From positions 28,136,388 through 28,200,387 of the forward strand of contig NC_092670.1 in assembly GCF_964355755.1 (NCBI RefSeq): DNA of 64,000 nucleotides, read 5' to 3'. Below, one piece after another: positions 14,701 to 27,722 of this stretch (position 1 is its first letter; the number at the start of each line of letters is the position of its first letter). The notes beneath the pieces are model-generated. The model was not told where the DNA came from. It ran no database searches and saw nothing but the letters and a program-made list of their open reading frames with translations. The DNA is from Antedon mediterranea. Its lineage: Eukaryota > Animalia > Echinodermata. The translations under genes and the position numbers were made by a program.

Positions 14701-17700
14701 TTAACAAGTTTTTTCGAAAATCACAAAATGGTATAAAACGTCTCCAAATGCGATTTTAAGGTATTCTAAGCACTTTGGTGATTTTATGTTAACAAGTTTT
14801 TTCGAAAATCACAAAATGGTCTAAAACGTCTACAAATGCGATTTGAAGCTATTCTAAGCACTTTGGTGTTTTTATGTTAACAAGTTTTTTCGAAAATCAC
14901 AAAATGGTATAAAACGTCTCCAAATGCGATTTTAAGCTATTCTAAGCAATTTGGTGTTTTTATGTTAACAAGTTTTTTCGAAAATCACAAAATGGTCGAA
15001 AATGTCACAAAATGCGATTTGAAGCTATTCTAAGCACTTTGGTGTTATTATGTTAACAAGTTTTTTCGAAAATCACAAATTGGTCTAAAACGTCTCCAAA
15101 TGCGATTTGAAGCTATTTTAAGCACTTTGGTGTTTTTGTGTAACCAAGTTTTTTCGAAAATCACAAAAGGGTCTAAAATGTCTCAAAATGCGATTTGAAG
15201 GTATTCTGTACACTTTGATGTTTTTTTGTTAACAAGTTTTTTCGAAAGTCACAAAATGGTCTAAAACGTCTCCAAATGCGATTTGAAGCTATTCTAAGCA
15301 CTTTGGTGTTTTTATGTTAACAAGTTTTTTCGAAAATCACAAAATGGTGTAAAACGTCTCCAAATGCGATTTGAAGCTATTCTAAGCACTTTGGTGTTTT
15401 TATGTTAACAAGTTTTTTCGAAAATCACAAAATGGTGTAAAACTTCTCCAAATACGATTTTAAGCTATTCTAAGCAATTTGGTGTTTTTATGTTAACAAG
15501 TTTTTTCGAAAATCACAAAATGGTCTAAAACGTCTCCAAATGCGATTTGAAGCTATTCTGTACACTTTGCTGTTTTGTGTGAATAATTTTTGTTGAAATG
15601 CTCAAAATGGTCAAAAACGTTTTTAAATACTATATTAAGCTATTTTGTGTTCTTTGATGTTTTTGTGTGAAAAGTTTTATCGAAATGCTCAAAATGGTCT
15701 AAAACAGTTTCTAATGTGATTTTAAGCACTTTGATGTTTTTATGTTAACAACTTTTTTAGAAAATCACAAAATGGTCTAAAACGTCTCCAAATGCGATTT
15801 GAAGCAATTCTAAGCACTTTGGTGCTTTTATGTTAACAAGTTTTTTCGAAAATCACAAAATGGTATAAAACGTCTCCAAATGCGATTTGAAGCAATTCTA
15901 AGCACTTTGGTGTTTTTATGTTAACAAGTTTTTTCGAAAATCACAAAATGGTATAAAACGTCTCCAAATGCGATTTTAAGGTATTCTAAGCACTTTGGTG
16001 TTTTTATGTTAACAAGTTTTTTCGAAAATCACAAAATGGTCTAAAACGTCTCCAAATGCGATTTGAAGCTATTCTGTACACTTTGCTGTTTTGTGTGAAT
16101 AATTTTTGTCGAAATGCTCAAAATGGTCAAAAACGTTTTTAAATACGATATTAAGCTATTTTGTGCTCTTTGATGTTTTTGTGTGAAAAGTTTTATCGAA
16201 ATGCTCAAAATGGTCTAAAACGGTTTCTAATGTGATTTTAAGCACTTTGATGTTTTTATGTTAACAACTTTTTTAGAAAATCACAAAATGGTCTAAAACG
16301 TCTCCAAATGCGATTTGAAGCAATTCTAAGCACTTTGGTGTTTTTATGGTAACGAGTTTTTTTGAATATCACAAAATGGTCTAAAACGTCTCCAAATGCG
16401 ATTTGAAGCTATTCTAAGCACTTTGGTGTTTTTATGTTAACAAGTTTTTTCGAAAATCACAAAATGGTCTAAAACGTCTCCAAATGCGATTTGAAGCTAT
16501 TCTGTACACTTTGCTGTTTTGTGTGAATAATTTTTGTTGAAATGCTCAAAATGGTCAAAAACGTTTTTAAATACTATATTAAGCTATTTTGTGTTCTTTG
16601 ATGTTTTTGTGTGAAAAGTTTTATCGAAATGCTCAAAATGGTCTAAAACAGTTTCTAATGTGATTTTAAGCACTTTGATGTTTTTATGTTAACAACTTTT
16701 TTAGAAAATCACAAAATGGTCTAAAACGTCTCCAAATGCGATTTGAAGCAATTCTAAGCACTTTGGTGCTTTTATGTTAACAAGTTTTTTCGAAAATCAC
16801 AAAATGGTATAAAACGTCTCCAAATGCGATTTGAAGCAATTCTAAGCACTTTGGTGTTTTTATGTTAACAAGTTTTTTCGAAAATCACAAAATGGTATAA
16901 AACGTCTCCAAATGCGATTTTAAGGTATTCTAAGCACTTTGGTGTTTTTATGTTAACAAGTTTTTTCGAAAATCACAAAATGGTCTAAAACGTCTCCAAA
17001 TGCGATTTGAAGCTATTCTGTACACTTTGCTGTTTTGTGTGAATAATTTTTGTCGAAATGCTCAAAATGGTCAAAAACGTTTTTAAATACGATATTAAGC
17101 TATTTTGTGCTCTTTGATGTTTTTGTGTGAAAAGTTTTATCGAAATGCTCAAAATGGTCTAAAACGGTTTCTAATGTGATTTTAAGCACTTTGATGTTTT
17201 TATGTTAACAACTTTTTTAGAAAATCACAAAATGGTCTAAAACGTCTCCAAATGCGATTTGAAGCAATTCTAAGCACTTTGGTGTTTTTATGGTAACGAG
17301 TTTTTTTGAATATCACAAAATGGTCTAAAACGTCTCCAAATGCGATTTGAAGCTATTCTAAGCACTTTGGTGTTTTTATGTTAACAAGTTTTTTCGAAAA
17401 TCACAAAATGGTGTAAAACGTCTCCAAATGCGATTTGAAGCTATTCTAAGCACTTTGGTGTTATTATGTTAACAAGTTTTTTCGAAAATCACAAATTGGT
17501 CTAAAACGTCTCCAAATGCGATTTGAAGCTATTTTAAGCACTTTGGTGTTTTTGTGTAACCAAGTTTTTTCGAAAATCACAAAAGGGTCTAAAATGTCTC
17601 AAAATGCGATTTGAAGCTATTCTGTACACTTTGATGTTTTTTTGTTAACATGTCTCAAAATGCGATTTGAAGCTATTCTGTACACTTTGATGTTTTTTTG

Positions 17701-20700
17701 TTAACAAGTTTTTTCGAAAGTCACAAAATGGTCTAAAACGTCTCCAAATGCGATTTGAAGCTATTCTAAGCACTTTGGTGTTTTTATGTTAACAAGTTTT
17801 TTCGAAAATCACAAAATGGTGTAAAACGTCTCCAAATGCGATTTGAAGCTATTCTAAGCACTTTGGTGTTTTTATGTTAACAAGTTTTTTCGAAAATCAC
17901 AAAATGGTGTAAAACTTCTCCAAATACGATTTTAAGCTATTCTAAGCAATTTGGTGTTTTTATGTTAACAAGTTTTTTCGAAAATCACAAAATGGTCTAA
18001 AACGTCTCCAAATGCGATTTGAAGCTATTCTGTACACTTTGCTGTTTTGTGTGAATAATTTTTGTCAAAATGCTCAAAATGGTCAAAAACGTTTTTAAAT
18101 ACTATATTAAGCTATTTTGTGTTCTTTGATGTTTTTGTGTGAAAAGTTTTATCGAAATGCTCAAAATGGTCTAAAACGGTTTCTAATGAAATGATTTTAA
18201 GAACTTTGATGTTTTTATGTTAACAACTTTTTTAGAAAATCACAAAATGGTCTAAAACGTCTCCAAATGCGATTTGAAGCAATTCTAAGCACTTTGGTGT
18301 TTTTATGTTAACAAGTTTTTTCGAAAATCACAAAATGGTATAAAACGTCTCCAAATGCGATTTTAAGGTATTCTAAGCACTTTGGTGTTTTTATGTTAAC
18401 AAGTTTTTTCGAAAATCACAAAATGGTCTAAAACGTCTACAAATGCGATTTGAAGCTATTGTAAGCACTTTGGTGTTTTTATGTTAACAAGTTTTTTCGA
18501 AAATCACAAAATGGTCTAAAACGTCTCCAAATGCGATTTGAAGCTATTCTGTACACTTTGCTGTTTTGTGTGAATAATTTTTGTCGAAATGCTCAAAGTG
18601 GTCAAAAACGTTTTTAAATACGATATTAAGCTATTTTGTGCTCTTTGATGTTTTTGTGTGAAAAGTTTTATCGAAATGCTCAAAATGGTCTAAAACGGTT
18701 TCTAATGTGATTTTAAGCACTTTGATGTTTTTATGTTAACAACTTTTTTAGAAAATCACAAAATGGTCTAAAACGTCTCCAAATGCGATTTGAAGTAATT
18801 CTAAGCACTTTGGTGTTTTTATGGTAACGAGTTTTTTTGAATATCACAAAATGGTCTAAAATTTCTCCAAATGCGATTTGAAGCTTTTCTAAGCACTTTA
18901 GTGTTTTTATGGTAACGAGTTATTTCGAAAATCACAAAATGGTCTAAAACGTCTCCAAATGCGATTTGAAGCTATTCTGTACACTTTGCTGTTTTGTGTG
19001 AATATTTTTTGTCAAAATGCTCAAAATGGTCAAAAACGTTTTTTAATACTATATTAAGCTATTTTGTGCTCTTTGATGTTTTTGTGTGAAAAGTTTTATC
19101 GAAATGCTCAAAATGGTCTAAAACGGTTTCTAATGTGATTTTAAGCACTTTGATGTTTTTATGTTAACAACTTTTTTAGAAAATTACAAAATGGTGTAAA
19201 ACGTCTCCAAATGCGATTTGAAGCTATTCTAAGCACTTTGGTGTTTTTATGGTAACGAGTTTTTTTGAATATCACAAAATGGTCTAAAATGTCTCCAAAT
19301 GCGATTTGAAGCTTTTCTAAGCACTTTGGTGTTTTTATGTTAACAAGTTTTTTCGAAAATCACAAAATGGTCTAAAACGTCTCCAAATGTGATTTGAAGC
19401 TATTCTAAACACTTTGGTGTTTTTATGTTAACAAGTTTTTTCGAAAATCACAAATTGGTCTAAAACGTCTCCAAATGCGATTTGAAGCTAGTTTAAGCAC
19501 TTTGGTGTTTTTGTGTAACCAAGTTTTTTCGAAAATCACAAAAGGGTCTAAAATGTCTCAAAATGCGATTTGAAGCTATTCTGTACACTTTGATGTTTTT
19601 TTTGTTAACAAGTTTTTTCGAAAGTCACAAAATGGTCTAAAACGTCTCCAAATGCGATTTGAAGCTATTCTAAGCACTTTGGTGTTTTTATGTTAACAAG
19701 TTTTTTCGAAAATCACAAAATGGTGTAAAACGTCTCCAAATGCGATTTGAAGCTATTCTAAGCAATTTGGTGTTTTTATGTTAACAAGTTTTTTCGAAAA
19801 TCACAAAATGGTGTAAAACGTCTCCAAATGCGATTTTAAGCTATTCTAAGCAATTTGGTGTTCTTTTATGTTAACAAGTTTTTTCGAAAATCACAAAATG
19901 GTCTAAAACGTCTCCAAATGCGATTTGAAGCTATTCTGTACACTTTGCTGTTTTGTGAGAATAATTTTTGTCGAAATGCTCAAAATGGTCAAAAACGTTT
20001 TTAAATACGATATTAAGCTATTTTGTGCTCTTTGATGTTTTTGTGTGAAAAGTTTTATCGAAATGCTCAAAATGGTCTAAAACGGTTTCTAATGTGATTT
20101 TAAGCACTTTGGTGTTTTTATGTTAACAAGTTTTTTCGAAAATCACAAAATGGTCTAAAACGTCTCCAAATGTGATTTGAAGCTATTCTAAACACTTTGG
20201 TGTTTTTATGTTAACAAGTTTTTTCGAAAATCACAAATTGGTCTAAAACGTCTCCAAATGCGATTTGAAGCTATTTTAAGCACTTTGGTGTTTTTGTGTA
20301 ACCAAGTTTTTTCGAAAATCACAAAAGGGTCTAAAATGTCTCAAAATGCGATTTGAAGCTATTCTGTACACTTTGATGTTTTTTTGTTAACAAGTTTTTT
20401 CGAAAGTCACAAAATGGTCTAAAACGTCTCCAAATGCGATTTGAAGCTATTCTAAGCACTTTGCTGTTTTGTGTGAATAATTTTTGTCGAAATGCTCAAA
20501 ATGGTCAAAAACGTTTTTAAATACGATATTAAGCTATTTTGTGCTCTTTGATGTTTTTGTGTGAAAAGTTTTATCGAAATGCTCAAAATGGTCTAAAACG
20601 GTTTCTAATGTGATTTTAAGCACTTTGATGTTTTTATGTTAACAACTTTTTTAGAAAATCACAAAATGGTCTAAAACGTCTCCAAATGCGATTTGAAGCA

Positions 20701-23700
20701 ATTCTAAGCACTTTGGTGTTTTTATGGTAACGAGTTTTTTTGAATATCACAAAATGGTCTAAAATGTCTCCAAATGCGATTTGAAGCTTTTCTAAGCACA
20801 TTGGTGTTTTTATGTTAACAAGTTTTTTCGAAAATCACAAAATGGTCTAAAACGTCTCCAAATGCGATTTGAAGCTATTCTGTACACTTTGCTGTTTTGT
20901 GTGAATAATTTTTGTCGAAATGCTCAAAATGGTCAAAAACGTTTTTAAATACGATATTAAGCTATTTTGTGCTCTTTTATGTTTTTGTGTGAAAAGTTTT
21001 ATCGAAATGCTCAAAATGGTCTAAAACGGTTTCTAATGTGATTTTAAGCACTTTGATGTTTTTATGTTAACAACTTTTTTAGAAAATCACAAAATGGTCT
21101 AAAACGTCTCCAAATGCGATTTGAAGCAATTCTAAGCACTTTGGTGTTTTTATGGTAACGAGTTTTTTTGAATATCACAAAATGGTCTAAAATGTCTCCA
21201 AATGCGATTTGAAGCTTTTCTAAGCACTTTGGTGTTTTTATGGTAACGAGTTATTTCGAAAATCACAAAATGGTCTAAAACGTCTCCAAATGCGATTTGA
21301 AGCTATTCTGTACACTTTGCTGTTTTGTGTGAATAATTTTTGTCAAAATGCTCAAAATGGTCAAAAACGTTTTTAAATACTATATTAAGCTATTTTGTGC
21401 TCTTTGATGTTTTTGTGTGAAAAGTTTTATCGAAATGCTCAAAATGGTCTAAAACGGTTTCTAATGTGATTTTAAGCACTTTGATGTTTTTATGTTAACA
21501 ACTTTTTTAGAAAATTACAAATTGGTGTAAAACGTCTCCAAATGCGATTTGAAGCTATTCTAAGCAATTTGGTGTTTTTATGTTAACAAGTTTTTTCGAA
21601 AATCACAAAATGGTCTAAAACGTCTCCAAATGCGATTTGAAGCTATTCTAAGCACTTTTGTGTTTTTATGTTAACAAGTTTTTTCGAAAATCACAAAATG
21701 GTCTAAAATGTCTCCAAATGCGATTTGAAGCTTTTCTAAGCACTTTTGTGTTTTTATGTTTACAAGTTTTTTCGAAAATCACAAAATGGTCTAAAACGTC
21801 TCCAAATGCGATTTGAAGCTATTCTGTACACTTTGCTGTTTTGTGTGAATAATTTTTGTCAAAATGCTCAAAATGGTCAAAAACGTTTTTAAATACTATA
21901 TTAAGCTATTTTGTGTTCTTTGATGTTTTTATGTGAAAAGTTTTATCGAAATGCTCAAAATGGTCTAAAACGGTTTCTAATGTGATTTTAAGAACTTTGA
22001 TGTTTTTATGTTAAAAACTTTTTTAGAAAATCACAAAATGGTCTAAAACGTCTCCAAATGCGATTTGAAGCAATTCTAAGCACTTTGGTGTTTTTATGTT
22101 AACACGTTTTTTCGAAAATCACAAAATGGTCTACAACGTCTCCAAATGCGATTTGAAGCTATTCTAAGCACTTTGGTGTTTTTATGTTAACAAGTTTTTT
22201 CGAAAATCACAAAGTGGTATAAAACGTCTCCAAATGCGATTTTAATGTATTCTAAGCACTTTGGTGTTTTTATGTTAACAAGTTTTTTCGAAAATCACAA
22301 AATGGTCTAAAACGTCTCCAAATGTGATTTGAAGCTATTCTAAACACTTTGGTGTTTTTATGTTAACAAGTTTTTTCGAAAATCACAAATTGGTCTAAAA
22401 CGTCTCCAAATGCGATTTGAAGCTATTTTAAGCACTTTGGTGTTTTTGTGTAACCAAGTTTTTTCGAAAATCACAAAAGGGTCTAAAATGTCTCAAAATG
22501 CGATTTGAAGCTATTCTGTACACTTTGATGTTTTTATGTTAACAACTTTTTTAGAAAATCACAAAATGGTCTAAAACGTCTCCAAATGCGATTTGAAGCA
22601 ATTCTAAGCACTTTGGTGTTTTTATGGTAACGAGTTTTTTTGAATATCACAAAATGGTCTAAAATGTCTCCAAATGCGATTTGAAGCTTTTCTAAGCACG
22701 TTGGTGTTTTTATGTTTACAAGTTTTTTCGAAAATCACAAAATGGTCTAAAACGGCTCCAAATACGATTTGAAGCTATTCTAAGCACTTTGGTGTTTTTA
22801 TGTTAACAAGTTTTTTCGAAAATCACAAAATGGTCTAAAACGTCTCCAAATGCGATTTGAAGCTATTCTAAGCACTTTGGTGTTTTTATGTTAACAAGTT
22901 TTTTCGAAAATCACAAAATGGTGTAAAACGTCTCCAAATGCGATTTGAAGCTATTCTAAGCAATTTTGTGTTTTTATGTTAACAAGTTTTTTCGAAAATC
23001 ACAAAATGGTCTAAAACGTCTCCAAATGCGATTTGAAGCTATTCTAAGCACTTTTGTGTTTTTATGTTAACAAGTTTTTTCGAAAATCACAAAATGGTCT
23101 AAAATGTCTCAAAATGCGATTTGAAGCTATTCTGTACACTTTGCTGTTTTGTGTGAATAATTTTTGTCAAAATGCTCAAAATGGTCAAAAACGTTTTTAA
23201 ATACTATATTAAGCTATTTTGTGTTCTTTGATGTTTTTGTGTGAAAAGTTTTTTCGAAATGCTCAAAATGGTCTAAAACGGTTTCTAATGTGATTTTAAG
23301 CACTTTGATGTTTTTATGTTAACAACTTTTTTAGAAAATTACAAAATGGTCTAAAACGTCTCCAAATGCAATTTGAAGCAATTCTAAGCACTTTGGTGTT
23401 TTTATGTTAACAAGTTTTTTCGAAAATCACAAAATGGTCTAAAACGTCTCCAAATGCTATTTGAAGCTATTCTGTACACTTTGCTGTTTTGTGTGAATAA
23501 TTTTTGTTGAAATGCTCAAAATGGTCAAAAACGTTTTTAAATACGATATTAAGCTATTTTGTGCTCTTTGATGTTTTTGTGTGAAAAGTTTTATCGAAAT
23601 GCTCAAAATGGTCTAAAACGGTTTCTAATGTGATTTTAAGCACTTTGGTGTTTTTATGTTAACAAGTTTTTTCGAAAATCACAAAATGGTCTAAAATATC

Positions 23701-26700
23701 TCCAAATGCGATTTGAAGCTTTTCTAAGCACTTTGGTGTTTTTATGTTAACAAGTTTTTTCGAAAATCACAAAATGGTCTAAAACGTCTCCAAATGTGAT
23801 TTGAAGCTATTCTAAACACTTTGGTGTTTTTATGTTAACAAGTTTTTTCGAAAATCACAAATTGGTCTAAAACGTCTCCAAATGCGATTTTAAGCAATTC
23901 TAAGCACTTTGGTGTTTTTATGTTAAAAAGTTTTTTTCGAAAATCACAAAATGGTCTAAAACCTCTCCAAATGCGATTTGAAGCTATTCTGTACACTTTG
24001 CTGTTTTGTGTGAATAATTTTTGTCGAAATGCTCAAAATGGTCAAAAACGTTTTTAAATACGATATTAAGCTATTTTGTGCTCTTTGATGTTTTTGTGTG
24101 AAAAGTTTTATCGAAATGCTCAAAATGGTCTAAAACGGTTTCTAATGTGATTTTAAGCACTTTGGTGTTTTTATGTTAACAAGTTTTTTCGAAAATCACA
24201 AAATGGTCTAAAACGTCTCCAAATGTGATTTGAAGCTATTTTAAACACTTTGGTGTTTTTATGTTAATAAGTTTTTTCGAAAATCACAAATTGGTCTAAA
24301 ACGTCTCCAAATGCGATTTGAAGCTTTTCTAAGCACTTTGGTGTTTTTATGGTAACGAGTTATTTCGAAAATCACAAAATGGTCTAAAACGTCTCCAAAT
24401 GCGATTTGAAGCTATTCTGTACACTTTGCTGTTTTGTGTGAATAATTTTTGTCAAAATGCTCAAAATGGTCAAAAACGTTTTTAAATACTATATTAAGCT
24501 ATTTTGTGTTCTTTGATGTTTTTATGTGAAAAGTTTTATCGAAATGCTCAAAATGGTCTAAAACGGTTTCTAATGTGATTTTAAGAACTTTGATGTTTTT
24601 ATGTTAAAAACTTTTTTAGAAAATCACAAAATGGTCTAAAACGTCTCCAAATGCGATTTGAAGCAATTCTAAGCACTTTGGTGTTTTTATGTTAACACGT
24701 TTTTTCGAAAATCACAAAATGGTCTACAACGTCTCTAAATGCGATTTGAAGATATTCTAAGCACTTTGGTGTTTTTATGTTAACAAGTTTTTTCGAAAAT
24801 CACAAAGTGGTATAAAACGTCTCCAAATGCGATTTTAAGGTATTCTAAGCACTTTGGTGTTTTTATGTTAACAAGTTTTTTAGAAAATCACAAAATGGTC
24901 TAAAACGTCTCCAAATGCGATTTGAAGCAATTCTAAGCACTTTGGTGTTTTTATGGTAACGAGTTTTTTTGAATATCACAAAATGGTCTAAAATGTCTCC
25001 AAATGCGATTTGAAGCTTTTCTAAGCACTTTGGTGTTTTTATGTTAACAAGTTTTTTCGAAAATCACAAAATGGTCTAAAACGTCTCCAAATGCGATTTG
25101 AAGCTATTCTGTACACTTTGCTGTTTTGTGTGAATAATTTTTGTCGAAATGCTCAAAATGGTCAAAAACGTTTTTAAATACGATATTAAGCTATTTTGTG
25201 CTCTTTGATGTTTTTGTGTGAAAAGTTTTATCGAAATGCTCAAAATGGTCTAAAACGGTTTCTAATGTGATTTTAAGCACTTTGATGTTTTTTGTTAACA
25301 ACTTTTTTAGAAAATCACAAAATGGTCTAAAACGTCTCCAAATGCGATTTGAAGCTTTTCTAAGCACTTTTGTGTTTTTATGTTTACAAGTTTTTTCGAA
25401 AATCACAAAATGGTCTAAAACGGCTCCAAATACGATTTGAAGCTATTCTAAGCACTTTGGTGTTTTTATGTTAACAAGTTTTTTCGAAAATCACAAAATG
25501 GTCTAAAACGTCTCCAAATGCGATTTGAAGCTATTCTAAGCACTTTGGTGTTTTTATGTTAACAAGTTTTTTCGAAAATCACAAAATGGTGTAAAACGTC
25601 TCCAAATGCGATTTGAAGCTATTCTAAGCAATTTTGTGTTTTTATGTTAACAAGTTTTTTCGAAAATCACAAAATGGTCTAAAACGTCTCCAAATGCGAT
25701 TTGAAGCTATTCTAAGCACTTTTGTGTTTTTATGTTAACAAGTTTTTTCGAAAATCACAAAATTGTCTAAAATGTCTCAAAATGCGATTTGAAGCTATTC
25801 TTTACACTTTGCTGTTTTGTGTGAATAATTTTTGTCAAAATGCTCAAAATGGTCAAAAACGTTTTTAAATACTATATTAAGCTATTTTGTGTTCTTTGAT
25901 GTTTTTGTGTGAAAAGTTTTTTCGAAATGCTCAAAATGGTCTAAAACGGTTTCTAATGTGATTTTAAGCACTTTGATGTTTTTATGTTAACAACTTTTTT
26001 AGAAAATTACAAAATGGTCTAAAACGTTTCCAAATGCGATTTGAAGCAATTCTAAGCACTTTGGTGTTTTTATGTTAACAAGTTTTTTCGAAAATCACAA
26101 AATGGTCTAAAACGTCTCCAAATGCGATTTGAAGCTATTCTGTACACTTTGCTGTTTTGTGTGAATAATTTTTGTTGAAATGCTCAAAATGGTCAAAAAC
26201 GTTTTTAAATACGATATTAAGCTATTTTGTGCTCTTTGATGTTTTTGTGTGAAAAGTTTTATCGAAATGCTCAAAATGGTCTAAAACGGTTTCTAATGTG
26301 ATTTTAAGCACTTTGGTGTTTTTATGTTAACAAGTTTTTTCGAAAATCACAAAATGGTCTAAAATGTCTCCAAATGCGATTTGAAGCTTTTCTAAGCACT
26401 TTGGTGTTTTTATGTTAACAAGTTTTTTCGAAAATCACAAAATGGTCTAAAACGTCTCCAAATGTGATTTGAAGCTATTCTAAACACTTTGGTGTTTTTA
26501 TGTTAACAAGTTTTTTCGAAAATCACAAATTGGTCTAAAACGTCTCCAAATGCGATTTGAAGCTATTTTAAGCACTTTGGTGTTTTTGTGTAACCAAGTT
26601 TTTTCGAAAATCACAAAAGGGTCTAAAATGTCTCAAAATGCGATTTGAAGCTATTCTGTACACTTTGATGTTTTTTTGTTAACAAGTTTTTTCGAAAGTC

Positions 26701-27722
26701 ACAAAATGGTCTAAAAAGTCTCCAAATGCGATTTGAAGCTATTCTAAGCACTTTGGTGTTTTTATGTTAACAAGTTTTATCGAAAATCACAAAATGGTGT
26801 AAAACGTCTCCAAATGCGATTTGAAGCTATTCTAAGCACTTTGGTGTTTTTATGTTAACAAGTTTTTTCGAAAATCACAAAATGGTGTAAAACGTCTCCA
26901 AATGCGATTTTAAGCTATTCTAAGCAATTTGGTGTTTTTATGTTAACAAGTTTTTTCGAAAATCACAAAATGGTCTAAAACGTCTCCAAATGCGATTTGA
27001 AGCTATTCTGTACACTTTGCTGTTTTGTGAGAATAATTTTTGTCGAAATGCTCAAAATGGTCAAAAACGTTTTTAAATACGATATTAAGCTATTTTGTGC
27101 TCTTTGATGTTTTTGTGTGAAAAGTTTTATCGAAATGCTCAAAATGGTCTAAAACGGTTTCTAATGTGATTTTAAGCACTTTGATGTTTTTATGTTAACA
27201 ACTTTTTTAGAAAATTACAAAATGGTGTAAAACGTCTCCAAATGCGATTTGAAGCTATTCTAAGCAATTTCGTGTTTTTATGTTAACAAGTTTTTTCGAA
27301 AATCACAAAATGGTCTAAAACGTCTCCAAATGCGATTTGAAGCTATTCTAAGCACTTTTGTGTTTTTATGTTAACAAGTTTTTTCGAAAATCACAAAATG
27401 GTCTAAAATGTCTCCAAATGCGATTTTAAGGTATTCTAAGCACTTTGGTGTTTTTATGTTAACAAGTTTTTTCGAAAATCACAAAATGGTCTAAAACGTC
27501 TACAAATGCGATTTGAAGCTCTTCTAAGCACTTTGGTGTTTTTATGTTAACAAGTTTTTTCGAAAATCACAAAATGGTATAAAACGTCTCCAAATGCGAT
27601 TTGAAGATTTTCTAAGCACTTTGGTGTTTTTATGTTTACAAGTTTTTTCGAAAATCACAAAATGGTCTAAAACGTCTCCAAATGCGATTTGAAGCTATTC
27701 TGTACACTTTGCTGTTTTGTGT
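5715..27722 (+). repeat. Macro-repeat of about 13.2 kb within the satellite (approx. 5715-14445 duplicated at approx. 18904-27722)
   Basis: Private variants recur at an offset of 13189: GCTAGTTTAAG (6301/19490), GTTCTTTTAT (6671/19860), TCTACAAC (8941/22130). The offset becomes 13277 after one extra 88-bp monomer (11446/24723). Boundaries are approximate. Confidence 0.85.
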
